Source: Candidatus Latescibacterota bacterium (GTDB lineage Bacteria; Latescibacterota; UBA2968; UBA8231). From it: a stretch of 64,000 nt of DNA. Positions 1 through 8,762 of this stretch are shown here, piece by piece. Both the position numbers and the translations under genes were made by a program. Where the stretch lies: assembly GCA_965217585.1 (NCBI GenBank), contig OZ244561.1, positions 1,184,001-1,248,000 on the forward strand. Direction: 5' to 3'. Under the pieces are notes generated by a model that was not told where the DNA came from, did no database searches, and worked only from the letters and a program-made list of their open reading frames with translations. Every line of letters starts with the position of its first letter. The first letter of the stretch is position 1.

Positions 1-577
1 ACTCTTGGCGATACTCTCCCAACCGCGGATCGTCGGGGATTACTACCAGCCGGTGCGACGCGTGCAGTATGCCCGTTGCTTCCATCAGCGCATCCACCAC
101 CAGCCCCCCCGTCGGCAGCAGGGCACTCATGAGATCTTGAATCACATCCTCGACGACGGTATCCTTGAGTTCCTCCATCAGCCGCTTGGATGGATCCTTG
201 TCGAGGGAGCGCACCGTGTAACGGCGGCCGTCCTGGCCCACAAAATGCAGCGAAATGGACTGGCCAAAGCCGCCCGTGCGCATGGGCGACAATCCGCCGC
301 CCACCGCATCGAGATCGAGGATCGGCACCTCGATCGGCGTCGTCCAGATCTGGCGATAGTTGCTACCGTAGATCCACCGCTGCAAACGACCTGCTTTGAA
401 TCGCTCACCCGGTACCACCACGTGCATCGTGTCGCCCTTCTCCGGGATAGAGCGATGAATTAGCTGGCCGGCCTTTGCCACTACCGCATCAGCACCCCCA
501 AGATGCAGGGCAGCAACAAGCAGCGCCGTCGCCCGGCGACGTAGCCAAGGACTGCTCAGATGCTCGTTTCGGTTCAT
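1..577 (-). CDS. N-terminal part of a secreted protein, kinase-like domain as seen in BamA/TamA (Omp85)-type fusion proteins; runs off the window
   Basis: Missing from the ORF track. Manual translation from ATG 577 (GGAGGG RBS upstream) is open to the window edge: MNRNEHLSSPWLRRRATALLVAALHLGGADA...WIYGSNYRQIWTTPIEVPILDL...TGGFGQSISLHFVGQDGRRYTVRSLDKDP...VVIPDDPRLGEYR. Confidence 0.7.
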   Translation of the reverse strand, partial: MNRNEHLSSPWLRRRATALLVAALHLGGADAVVAKAGQLIHRSIPEKGDTMHVVVPGERFKAGRLQRWIYGSNYRQIWTTPIEVPILDLDAVGGGLSPMRTGGFGQSISLHFVGQDGRRYTVRSLDKDPSKRLMEELKDTVVEDVIQDLMSALLPTGGLVVDALMEATGILHASHRLVVIPDDPRLGEYRQE

Positions 578-634
578 CTCTTTATCACCCTCCATGGCTA
601 AACAACGGACAGCAAAGTACGGGATAGATAGCTC

Positions 635-1993
635 CTATTCAAACGCTTTCTCCAAGGCCGCTGGAAACACGTGTATTTGATTTGCATACGCCTCGCGCAA
701 CTCGGCCAATAGCACATCCATGGCCTCGGTTTCGGCCTGTTGTCTCAGGACCGTGCGAATGCTCTCCCGCACAAAAGCAAAATCCGCTACCTGGCCGGCG
801 GCGCGGGTAAACTGGTCGAGGTGCTGGTCGTAAAAGGCCCGCACGGCCTCGTCGCCGATTTCTCCGACCTGTGCGGCCTCGGCTTGGTAGAGCCGCTTGA
901 CCAACAAGGCGTCTCGTTCCCTTGCGACGCTGGCGCGGATATCCGCATCGTCGTCAATCCCCAGTTTGCGGGCTTCCGCTACCATGATCTGCTTGCCAGC
1001 GAGGTTATCTACGGCCTTGTACAGGCGCGCACTGTCGAGTTCGGCCGGATGCGGCGCGCGGCCCTGCTCGACTAAGGCGAGGTACTCCCGCGCCATGAGC
1101 TGGCCACCGCGCCAAGTGAGCAGCGGCGCGTCCCCTTCATCCCACCGAGTCGATTGCTGCGGAACGGCGAGCAACTCGGCAAAAACCTCCGCGTCCAGCG
1201 CGAGCTGATACCGCTGGCGCAGAGTGCCGACGTAGCGCTCCATATCGTCGGCCCGGCTCTGCACGCGGACCTTTTTCTCCACCCACTCGCGGACCGCGGC
1301 AAAATCGACGGGGCGTCGTTCCCCAAGCCTGAAGACGTGGTAGCCACTCGCGGTCTGCACGGGGTCGGGATACACGCTGCCGACGGGCATGGTAGCGAGC
1401 GGCACCTTCAGCCCCTCGTACACCTCGCCGATCTTGAACCAGCCGACCCAACCGCCGGGGCCAAAGCGCTGCTGGATGTTCTGCAGAGAATAGGGCCGCA
1501 CCAGCGACTCAAAAGGCGTCCCTTCGCCAAGCAGCTCGAGGACGAGGCGGGCCTCTTCTTCGGTGGCGCAGACAATGTGCTGACTGAGCACTTCTACGTC
1601 GTACTGCTGTTGGGCAAAGAACGCCCGCAGGTCCGCGTCCGAAAACGAATACGACGCCTGTACGGCCTCTAGCTCGTAGAGCTTGTTCATCAGCGCCTTG
1701 CGCTCGCTCTTGGCCACGGCTTGGGCGATGTCCGGGTCGCGGTCGTACCCGCGCCGGAGGGCCTCGGCAATGAGCAATTCCCGCGCGATGACGCCATCGA
1801 GCAGTTCCTGCTTGCCCTGCTGATTCAGCTCCTCGACGTGGCTGTAGCCGGTCTCCCGCAGCTTTTGCGCCATCGCCTCAAACTGCCGCACCGAAACGAC
1901 CTTGTCGCCGATGTGCAGAACCGTCTCTTCCGCGCCTAGAGCCGCGCTGCCCAAGACGAGGAATGCTAAGGTGCTAACTAGCGAATATTTCAC
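635..1993 (-). CDS. Parvulin-type peptidyl-prolyl isomerase (PrsA/SurA-like foldase)
   Basis: Signal peptide from GTG 1993 (VKYSLVSTLAFLVLGSAALG); SurA-like LLDGVIARELLIAEA; rotamase motifs SQHIV, GGWVGWF, PVQTASGYHVF. The extra N-terminal residues in the ORF track belong to a pseudogene. Confidence 0.85.
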   Translation of the reverse strand: MKYSLVSTLAFLVLGSAALGAEETVLHIGDKVVSVRQFEAMAQKLRETGYSHVEELNQQGKQELLDGVIARELLIAEALRRGYDRDPDIAQAVAKSERKALMNKLYELEAVQASYSFSDADLRAFFAQQQYDVEVLSQHIVCATEEEARLVLELLGEGTPFESLVRPYSLQNIQQRFGPGGWVGWFKIGEVYEGLKVPLATMPVGSVYPDPVQTASGYHVFRLGERRPVDFAAVREWVEKKVRVQSRADDMERYVGTLRQRYQLALDAEVFAELLAVPQQSTRWDEGDAPLLTWRGGQLMAREYLALVEQGRAPHPAELDSARLYKAVDNLAGKQIMVAEARKLGIDDDADIRASVARERDALLVKRLYQAEAAQVGEIGDEAVRAFYDQHLDQFTRAAGQVADFAFVRESIRTVLRQQAETEAMDVLLAELREAYANQIHVFPAALEKAFE

Positions 1994-2015
1994 TGTCCCT
2001 ACTTCCTTTTTTGGC

Positions 2016-2243
2016 TTACTTCCCGAATCACAATGCATTGATCGGCTTCCACGTCCACCAATGTTTGCACGCGCCGCTGGGTCAATCTGCGTGTGATCAC
2101 CTAAACCGAGCATCAGGGACACGTCGCTGGACCCCATGTAGCCGTAGCTGCAGCGGATCTCCCGCGTCTGCACCAAGTAGCCAGCCACGGCGCGGACACT
2201 CTCGATCAACAGCGCCGGCCCACAGCGGCAAGGTGCGCGGCAT
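2016..2243 (-). pseudogene. Collapsed relic of a CRTAC1/ASPIC-UnbV gene
   Basis: VRAVAGYLVQTREIRCSYGYMGSSDVSLMLGLG and, in a shifted frame, PSG-VQTLVDVEADQCIVIRE match the C-terminus of the intact paralogue at 30357-32039. Confidence 0.85.
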
Positions 2244-3430
2244 CAGCGGCCAGCCTGCGCGGCGATTTGCTCGGCGGCCGCGAGGTTGCGGCGGAGCTTG
2301 GGGTGGTCGGGCTGGTGGCGCAAGCCGTGGCGGAAGGAGGCAATGGCGCGTTCGTACTGCTTGCGCAACATTTGGACATTTCCCAAACCCAAGTGCGCGA
2401 GGGCGTACGTGGAATCGGCCTGCAATGCTTGGCGAAACCTCTGCTCGGCCGCATCCAGTTCCCCACGGCGGAAGTGGATGTTGCCGAGGTTGTGGTGCGC
2501 GGGCGCGAAAGCAGGGTCGCGGTCGAGTGCTTGGAGGTAGCGAATGCGCGCTTCTCGCTGCTGGCCGCGCTGTCCGTACACAACGGCCAAGTCGTGGTAG
2601 GCCCCGGCGTCGTCTGGATGCGTCGCCAAGGTGTTTTTCAGCATGGCGATCCGGTCTTCCTCCTCGTCGAGCCGCTTGTACAGCGCGAGCTGGCGTCGCC
2701 CCGCTTCCTTCTGTCCAGAGCGCAGCAAGGTGTTGCCGAGGTTGAAGCGGGCTTGGGCAAACAGCGAATCTAGCTGCACGGCGCGGCGGAATTGGGCCAT
2801 GGCGGGGCCGTAGTCGCGCCGGAGGTAATAACTGCGCCCCAAGCCATTGCGAAATTGGGCCGAAGTCGTGTCCGCAGCTACGGCGCTACTAAAGGCTTGC
2901 TCGGCGGCCGCATAGTCGTTTTGCTTGAGATAGGCTTCGCCGAGGTTGAACCACGCCTCCCCGTACCTAAGCACGGCGGCAATCGCCCGCTGATAGGCGG
3001 CAATCGCGGCTGGGTAGCGTCCCTCGCGGGCATGTAGCAACCCCAGCACCATGTGCGCCCGGGCGCGGTCGGGCTGCTCCCGCACCGTCTGTTCGAGCAA
3101 GGCCAAGGCATCGTCGTAGCGGTCGAGGCGCGTCAGCAGGATCGCCAACTCGGTCCGCGTCTTGGCGTGGCTCGGCGCTAGGGCAATGGCCTGCTCGTAC
3201 GCGCGAACGGCCGCGGGCAGGGCCTCATTTCTCGCATGCGCCTCGGCCAACTTGCGGTAGAGCACCGCCGATGTTGCGTTCTGGTCAACGGCGCGTTGGT
3301 AGTGGGCGGCGGCTTCTCCGTAGTGGCCAGCGCGCATCGAGCGGTCGCCGTGTACTTCGTGTGCCGGGTCGGGTGCTTCCGCACAGCCGACAATCGCCAG
3401 CAGGAGCAGAGAGGGTCTGTACCAAGACAT
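2243..3430 (-). CDS. Tetratricopeptide-repeat lipoprotein
   Basis: Lipobox LLAIVGC after ATG 3430; many TPR units (AWFNLGEAY, ARFNLGNTL, AHHNLGNIH). Confidence 0.9.
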   Translation of the reverse strand: MSWYRPSLLLLAIVGCAEAPDPAHEVHGDRSMRAGHYGEAAAHYQRAVDQNATSAVLYRKLAEAHARNEALPAAVRAYEQAIALAPSHAKTRTELAILLTRLDRYDDALALLEQTVREQPDRARAHMVLGLLHAREGRYPAAIAAYQRAIAAVLRYGEAWFNLGEAYLKQNDYAAAEQAFSSAVAADTTSAQFRNGLGRSYYLRRDYGPAMAQFRRAVQLDSLFAQARFNLGNTLLRSGQKEAGRRQLALYKRLDEEEDRIAMLKNTLATHPDDAGAYHDLAVVYGQRGQQREARIRYLQALDRDPAFAPAHHNLGNIHFRRGELDAAEQRFRQALQADSTYALAHLGLGNVQMLRKQYERAIASFRHGLRHQPDHPKLRRNLAAAEQIAAQAGR

Positions 3431-3448
3431 GTAAAAAGTATAGACCGC

Positions 3449-3478
3449 GTAGGGGGCGGTTTGCAAACCGCCCCCTAC
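3449..3478. repeat. REP-like perfect palindrome (GTAG type)
   Basis: GTAGGGGGCGGTTTGCAAACCGCCCCCTAC, a perfect 30-bp palindrome in the intergenic region. Confidence 0.85.
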
Positions 3479-3538
3479 CTTACAACAAACCAATCCCTAC
3501 CCTTCACAACAAACCACCTCTACCCACAGGATCAATTC

Positions 3539-4828
3539 ATGAAACGCAGAGCATTCTTCAAAGGAATCGCCGCAGCCGCAGCCGCAGCCCCGCTCCTTCC
3601 CGACGTGGCCGCCGGACTTACCGAGCGACTCGGCACCCTCGGCCAAGACGTAGCGGCCGCCAGCAACGAGCGCGCCCTGTGGCAGCGGCTGCGGCGAGAG
3701 TTTCGTCTGCACCCAGGGCTAGTGCATCTCAACTGCGGCAGTATTGGGGCGACGCCTCGCGTGGTAACTGACGCCCTGACCTCATACCTCGCCGAACTGG
3801 AGGGCAATCCACTGGCCAACACCTGGGGCGGCCTCGGCAGCGAGATGGAAACAGTGCGGGCCAAGGGGGCGGAGTTCATCGGGGCCGAGCTAGACGAAAT
3901 CGCGCTGACGCGCAATACAACCGAAGGCATGAACCACGTAGCCAGCGGCCTCGACCTCCAGCCGGGCGACGAGGTGCTGACGACAAATCACGAGCACGGC
4001 GGCGGCATGGTCTGCTGGCAGCACTTGGCGCGCACTCGCGGCGTCGTAGTTCGCTACATCAAAATGCCCAATCCCGTGCGCGATGCCGCCGAGATCCTGC
4101 AACTAGTAGAGGATCACCTAACGCCGCGCACCCGCGTGTGCAGCTTCTGTCACATCGATACCATCACCGGACTGCAAATGCCACTAACAGCCATCGCCGC
4201 CCTCACCCAACCCCGCGACATCCTGCTGGTCTGCGACGGCGCGCAGGCCCCGGGCATGATCGACGTCGACGTCAAAGCCCTCGGCGTAGACACCTATGCC
4301 TCCAGCAGCCACAAGTGGATGCTCGCTCCCAAGGGCACGGGACTGCTCTACATCCGCAGGGAAGTGCAAGATCGCGTCCGGCCCGTGTTCACCTATTCCG
4401 GTTACAACGCCTATTCCGCCTCGTCCGGCACCCGCAACGTGCCGCAGATCGTCGCACACGGGGTGGCGATGGAATTCCACAACACCATCGGCCGCCCGCG
4501 CATCGAAGCGCGCTGCCGCCAGCTCTGCGCCTACGCGCGCCAGCGCCTAGCGGAAATCCCCCAACTCACACCGATCACCCCACCCCAGCACGAGCTGTCC
4601 TCGGGCATCGCCAGCTTCTCGCTCACCAGCGGCAGCCACAGCGAAGTCGTCGCCGCGCTGCAAAAGCGCGACATCTTCCTCAAACCAGCACAGGGCACGT
4701 ACGCCTACGTGGAGGACGCCGGCGTGCCAAAGGAAAACTACAACGCCATCCGCATCTCCACGCACATCTTCAACGACGAGACCGACATCGACCGCGCTGT
4801 CGAGGCGTTGCAGCAAGTCCTCGGCTGA
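3539..4828 (+). CDS. Tat-exported class V PLP aminotransferase (isopenicillin N epimerase/cysteine desulfurase-like)
   Basis: Tat signal MKRRAFFKG; motifs LNCGSIG, RNTTEG, DGAQAPG, SSHKW (PLP lysine). Confidence 0.9.
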   Translation: MKRRAFFKGIAAAAAAAPLLPDVAAGLTERLGTLGQDVAAASNERALWQRLRREFRLHPGLVHLNCGSIGATPRVVTDALTSYLAELEGNPLANTWGGLGSEMETVRAKGAEFIGAELDEIALTRNTTEGMNHVASGLDLQPGDEVLTTNHEHGGGMVCWQHLARTRGVVVRYIKMPNPVRDAAEILQLVEDHLTPRTRVCSFCHIDTITGLQMPLTAIAALTQPRDILLVCDGAQAPGMIDVDVKALGVDTYASSSHKWMLAPKGTGLLYIRREVQDRVRPVFTYSGYNAYSASSGTRNVPQIVAHGVAMEFHNTIGRPRIEARCRQLCAYARQRLAEIPQLTPITPPQHELSSGIASFSLTSGSHSEVVAALQKRDIFLKPAQGTYAYVEDAGVPKENYNAIRISTHIFNDETDIDRAVEALQQVLG

Positions 4829-4858
4829 TAGACCCACCCCTCTTTGACCTTCCTTCCC

Positions 4859-4888
4859 CGTAGGGGCGACCGGCCGGTCGCCCCTACG
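4859..4888. repeat. REP-like perfect palindrome (GTAG type)
   Basis: CGTAGGGGCGACCGGCCGGTCGCCCCTACG, a perfect palindrome. Confidence 0.85.
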
Positions 4889-4892
4889 TCTT

Positions 4893-4919
4893 TGAACGAA
4901 ATGGCGACCTAATCCGTAT
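4893..4919 (+). promoter_or_regulatory. Putative autoregulatory ECF promoter
   Basis: TGAAC-N17-CGTAT upstream of the ECF sigma gene, resembling SigW/SigY-type promoters. Confidence 0.55.
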
Positions 4920-4973
4920 AAATAGATGTGAACAATCTCAGGGCCGCAGGCTAAAACTCGTCTGGATTCTCCT

Positions 4974-5501
4974 ATGGGCTGGAGCGACGAAGCATTGATG
5001 GAAAACCTCCGCCGAGGAGATATGCAGGCGTTTGACGAACTCTACACGCGCCATCGCCAGCCCCTTTTCAATTTTATCTTGCGGCTCTTGCAGGACGCGG
5101 CCTTGGCAGAAGATGTGTTTCAGGAGACCTACATGCGCGTATTGGAAAACGCCGACCGCTTCAAGCCTCGGGGCAAATTTTCGACCTATCTCTATACCAT
5201 AGCCCACAACCTGTGCATGGACGAACTGCGCCGCCAAAGCACGAGCATTCCAGCCGAGCAAATGGCCGTGCCATCAGCTCGTAGCCCCCACGACCATCTG
5301 CTCAAGCGAGAAGACGAAGAAGCCGCACACCAACTGCTCGCGGCCCTGCAACCCCACTTGCGCGCCATAGTCGTCCTCCGCGTCCTACACGATTACTCGC
5401 AGGAAGAGACCGCGAAAATCGTCGGCGTACCCGTCGGAACCGTCAAAAGCCGTTTGCACCACGCCCTAAAACAATTGCGCCAAATGGCACCGAACCCATG
5501 A
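4974..5501 (+). CDS. ECF RNA polymerase sigma factor
   Basis: Region 2 (AEDVFQET, FSTYLYTIAHN) and region 4 (GVPVGTVKSRLHHA). Confidence 0.95.
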   Translation: MGWSDEALMENLRRGDMQAFDELYTRHRQPLFNFILRLLQDAALAEDVFQETYMRVLENADRFKPRGKFSTYLYTIAHNLCMDELRRQSTSIPAEQMAVPSARSPHDHLLKREDEEAAHQLLAALQPHLRAIVVLRVLHDYSQEETAKIVGVPVGTVKSRLHHALKQLRQMAPNP

Positions 5502-5848
5502 ACCAAGACCGCCGCACCATACAAGAGATTCGAGCGCTGTTGGGCTCTGTACCCGAAGTGCAGCTGCCGCCTAGACTAGACGAGGAAGTGCGGTCTAAAG
5601 CCGTGAGTTGGGCCAGAAAAAGGCGGGCCGAGGAAGCGCGACTCCACATCCCCCTTTACGGTAAAATCGCCCTAGGACTAGTCGCCTTGGAATTGTTCGC
5701 CCTGCTCTACGCCGTAGGCCCAAGGCTCGACATTGACCAGATCATACGAGCCTCTGTCCTCGGCTTAGTCGGCTTGAACATCGCCGCGCTGTTGACGAGC
5801 CCGATTATTCTTTTACACCGCCAAAGAAGGGAGCTATCCCATGAATGA
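5498..5848 (+). CDS. Putative membrane anti-sigma factor
   Basis: ATGA overlap with the sigma gene; two hydrophobic segments. Confidence 0.65.
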   Translation: MNQDRRTIQEIRALLGSVPEVQLPPRLDEEVRSKAVSWARKRRAEEARLHIPLYGKIALGLVALELFALLYAVGPRLDIDQIIRASVLGLVGLNIAALLTSPIILLHRQRRELSHE

Positions 5849-6752
5849 ACGCCTGAAAGATACTCTGCATCGATGGCTGCCCAAGCTGACCATCTTGAGC
5901 GTGCTGGTTCTTCTCACATCTTCCCTGATCAACGAATACTACGTGGATCCAAGGTACGACGCCGCTGCAAAAGAAGATCTCGACAAACGGCACCAGCACC
6001 TTCAGGAATACAAGGAGAAAAAGGAGGCAAAGGCAGTCGCGCTTAAAGCCGCCCTAGAGCGGATCGTGGGCCTCATAGATACACTCGACGGTAACGTGCA
6101 GACTCAAGAGACTCTGAGTAAAGCAGTGGCCCAAGAAGAAGCCATCGGCGAGGTGTGGGTGACCAATGCCCAGGGCCTCATTGTGTATTACGGCCGGCAT
6201 ATCCCCCCGGTGCGCAATGTCGCAGATTTTCCCCTTGGGTCCCTGACTAAGATATTGAATATGGTCCCCGAAGATGTGATTTCACCCATACAGCGGACCG
6301 CTATCCTATTGCCTACGATAATCGGGGGTCATTGGTCTAGGGTCTCGCCTTCATTTTCCTCTTTAAGTGTCGGCATCGACATGATCCCAAAGCACCTAAT
6401 CATTTCAACGGAAGAACCCATTTCAAGATACGGCGGTGAGCTTGTAGAAATGAACCGCGTCAAGGATGGCTTAATCGCCGCGACGGTCTCGCGGTCGCAG
6501 TATAACCCTCCGCTTCAGGAGAGAAGCGAGGAAAGCGAAAGACTCAGTCTTTTGCTCAATACGACCGGAATTGCGGCCCTAGCCGGCTTTATCCTCTTCT
6601 GGCTCTCCATCCCTGCGTGGATGGCCTTGGACGCCCAAAAGAGACGGGAAAGAGCCACGGTTTGGGGCATCTTCGGTCTCTTGGGCAATATGATCGCCTT
6701 GGTCGTCTATTTGCTAGTGCGCGAAGATGAGCCGCCGTCTGAAAATTCCTAG
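5841..6752 (+). CDS. Membrane protein with extracytoplasmic domain and YxlD/PLDc_N-like C-terminus
   Basis: N-terminal TM helix; C-terminal WMALDAQKRRERATVWGIFGLLGNMIALVVYLLVR; overlaps the upstream gene. Confidence 0.65.
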   Translation: MNERLKDTLHRWLPKLTILSVLVLLTSSLINEYYVDPRYDAAAKEDLDKRHQHLQEYKEKKEAKAVALKAALERIVGLIDTLDGNVQTQETLSKAVAQEEAIGEVWVTNAQGLIVYYGRHIPPVRNVADFPLGSLTKILNMVPEDVISPIQRTAILLPTIIGGHWSRVSPSFSSLSVGIDMIPKHLIISTEEPISRYGGELVEMNRVKDGLIAATVSRSQYNPPLQERSEESERLSLLLNTTGIAALAGFILFWLSIPAWMALDAQKRRERATVWGIFGLLGNMIALVVYLLVREDEPPSENS

Positions 6753-6822
6753 CGAGCCAACGCGGCAGTCACCAAGAATTTGTCACGCCTAAAGGCGCGG
6801 TGAAGCAGACGGCTGCTAAGCC

Positions 6823-7821
6823 TCAGCGCCGGTTCCCCCCCTCGGGTCCGATCTCGCCCGTACCCACCCCAACGCCCGTGAGCACCTCGCTGTAGCCGGG
6901 ATAGGTGACGGCGTATTGGAATCCCTCGTTGGTGCCCGCCGCGCCAAAGCGGCCCTGCTTGTCGAGCGCGACGAAGTTGAGGTGCAACTCCTCGACCGGA
7001 CGCGGGTCGAGCGCGATGATGCGGCGGATGGTCTCGACGCAGGCTTCCTCCGGGTGCAGCCCCTGGCGCATGTACTCGACCGCGAGGAAAGTGGCGCAGT
7101 AGCGCATGACATTTTCGCCCAAACCAGTGGCCCCGGCCGCGCCCACGCCCCCAGCGACGTACAAGCCGCTGCCGATGATCGGCGAGTCGCCGACGCGGCC
7201 CGGCAGCTTGTAGCCCCAGCCACTGGTCGAGCAGCCGCCAGCGATCCGCCCCTCACCGTCGAGTCCAAGTAGAGCGATAGTATCGTGATTGTCGGCCGCG
7301 CCCTGCTTTTCCCGCCATTCCTCCCACGCCTTGCGCCTTTCTTCCGTCAGCAAATCGACGCTGGCAAAACCCTGCTCCAGCGCGAACTGCCGCGCACCTT
7401 CGCCGACGAGCATGACGTGCTTGGTCTCGTCCATCACCCGGCGCGCCACCGAGATCGGGTGCAGGATTCCCTCGATAGCGGCGACGCTGCCGGCGCGTTG
7501 CCCCTCGCCGTCCATAATGCAGGCGTCGAGTTGCACCACGCCCCGGGCGTTGGGTATGCCCCCCAATCCCACGGATGCATTGGAGGCGTCGGCTTCGGCG
7601 ACGTGGATGCCGCGCTCGACCGCGTCGAGGACCGAGCCGCCCTGTTCGGCGATCCGCAGCGATTGTTCGTTGGCGGCTTTGCCAAAGGGCCACGTAGAAA
7701 TAAAGAGGGGACGAGCAGTGTTCATGGGAATGTCCTTTTCCGCGCGCGCCGTCCCGGCGAGGGCTAGGCCGCCGGCGGCTAGTGCGGTCTCGCGCATGAA
7801 GCGACGGCGACTCAGCGGCAT
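6823..7821 (-). CDS. N(4)-(beta-N-acetylglucosaminyl)-L-asparaginase (Ntn hydrolase), Tat-exported
   Basis: SRRRFM Tat signal; LDACIMDG, HDTI autoprocessing site, GRVGDSPIIGSGLY. Confidence 0.92.
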   Translation of the reverse strand: MPLSRRRFMRETALAAGGLALAGTARAEKDIPMNTARPLFISTWPFGKAANEQSLRIAEQGGSVLDAVERGIHVAEADASNASVGLGGIPNARGVVQLDACIMDGEGQRAGSVAAIEGILHPISVARRVMDETKHVMLVGEGARQFALEQGFASVDLLTEERRKAWEEWREKQGAADNHDTIALLGLDGEGRIAGGCSTSGWGYKLPGRVGDSPIIGSGLYVAGGVGAAGATGLGENVMRYCATFLAVEYMRQGLHPEEACVETIRRIIALDPRPVEELHLNFVALDKQGRFGAAGTNEGFQYAVTYPGYSEVLTGVGVGTGEIGPEGGNRR

Positions 7822-7824
7822 GGC

Positions 7825-8334
7825 CTAATCCTCGTCGGCACCCTCATGGTGTTCATCGCCATCCTCGTCGGCACCGTCATGGTGACCATCGCCATCCTCG
7901 TCATTATCATCGTCGTCCTCCTTATAGGCGATGGCGGCGATCTCGACGCGAAAGTCGAAGACGATCTGCGCCCCGCCGGTGCAGGCCCGCGCCGGGAATT
8001 GCTCTTTAAAGTGGGAAGCGTATGCCTTGTTCATCTCGTGATAATCTTCAATGTCCGCAAGCCAGACGGTGACGTTGACCAAATCATCGTACGCATAGCC
8101 GTGTTCTTCAAGTATCCGCCCGATATTTTCCATGATCTGGTGGGTCTCGGCCGCGACCGACTCCTTGACGTCGGCACCATCGGCCGTGCGGGCGATCTGG
8201 CCGCTGATGAAGAGAAAGTCGTCGGCTTGGCGGGCCGGGCTGAAGGGCAGCTTCTTGAGCGGCACGGCCTCTTGGGCAAAGACTGGCGAGACGGCGAGCG
8301 CACACGCGAGCGCGGCGCGGATACAGCTTTTCAT
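7825..8334 (-). CDS. RidA/YjgF family protein with signal peptide and Asp/His-rich tail
   Basis: PFSPA, LFISGQI, FPARAC, VEIAAIAY; N-terminal signal ending VFA; tail repeat DEDGDxHHxGA. Confidence 0.9.
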   Translation of the reverse strand: MKSCIRAALACALAVSPVFAQEAVPLKKLPFSPARQADDFLFISGQIARTADGADVKESVAAETHQIMENIGRILEEHGYAYDDLVNVTVWLADIEDYHEMNKAYASHFKEQFPARACTGGAQIVFDFRVEIAAIAYKEDDDDNDEDGDGHHDGADEDGDEHHEGADED

Positions 8335-8546
8335 AAGGTATCTCCTGGTGTCGAGTTAGACCTGTTAATAAGCTCAATGGGACATGCGGCGACAACCGGC
8401 GCGGGTCGCCGATGCGAGCCGGGCCAGCATTCTTTCTACTTGAAATAACGACGTTACTGTATTTTATTGACAGAGATATGGTCCGCGCTTACTTTTATGC
8501 TGCACAGAATTTCACCGTTATCACCCCGATTAAGGAGCTCTCAATT

Positions 8547-8750
8547 ATGACTGAATCGACCTCCCTCGACCACGGCGAGCGCATCGGCCGCCTCGAAGGT
8601 ATCATCGAACAAATTAACGAGCGCCTCAACAGCATAACCCGTCGCCTCGATAGCCTAGAAAGCAACCACCGTCGAGACTTTCGCTGGCTCATCGGCCTTC
8701 AGTTGGCTACTTGGGGCACGATAGTAGGTTTGAAACTATTTGGTGGATAG
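8547..8750 (+). CDS. Small coiled-coil protein with C-terminal TM helix (XhlA/DUF1640-like)
   Basis: AAGGAG RBS; heptad coil followed by FRWLIGLQLATWGTIVG. Confidence 0.7.
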   Translation: MTESTSLDHGERIGRLEGIIEQINERLNSITRRLDSLESNHRRDFRWLIGLQLATWGTIVGLKLFGG

Positions 8751-8762
8751 CCGCCACATCAT

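Noticed and set aside
5-463. Plus-strand 152-aa ORF and the many other overlapping antisense ORFs in the track
   Set aside because: Shadow ORFs of GC-rich genes on the opposite strand or frame; no motifs or RBS.
1994-2209. N-terminal extension of the PPIase ORF
   Set aside because: It is a CRTAC1 relic; the real signal peptide starts at GTG 1993.
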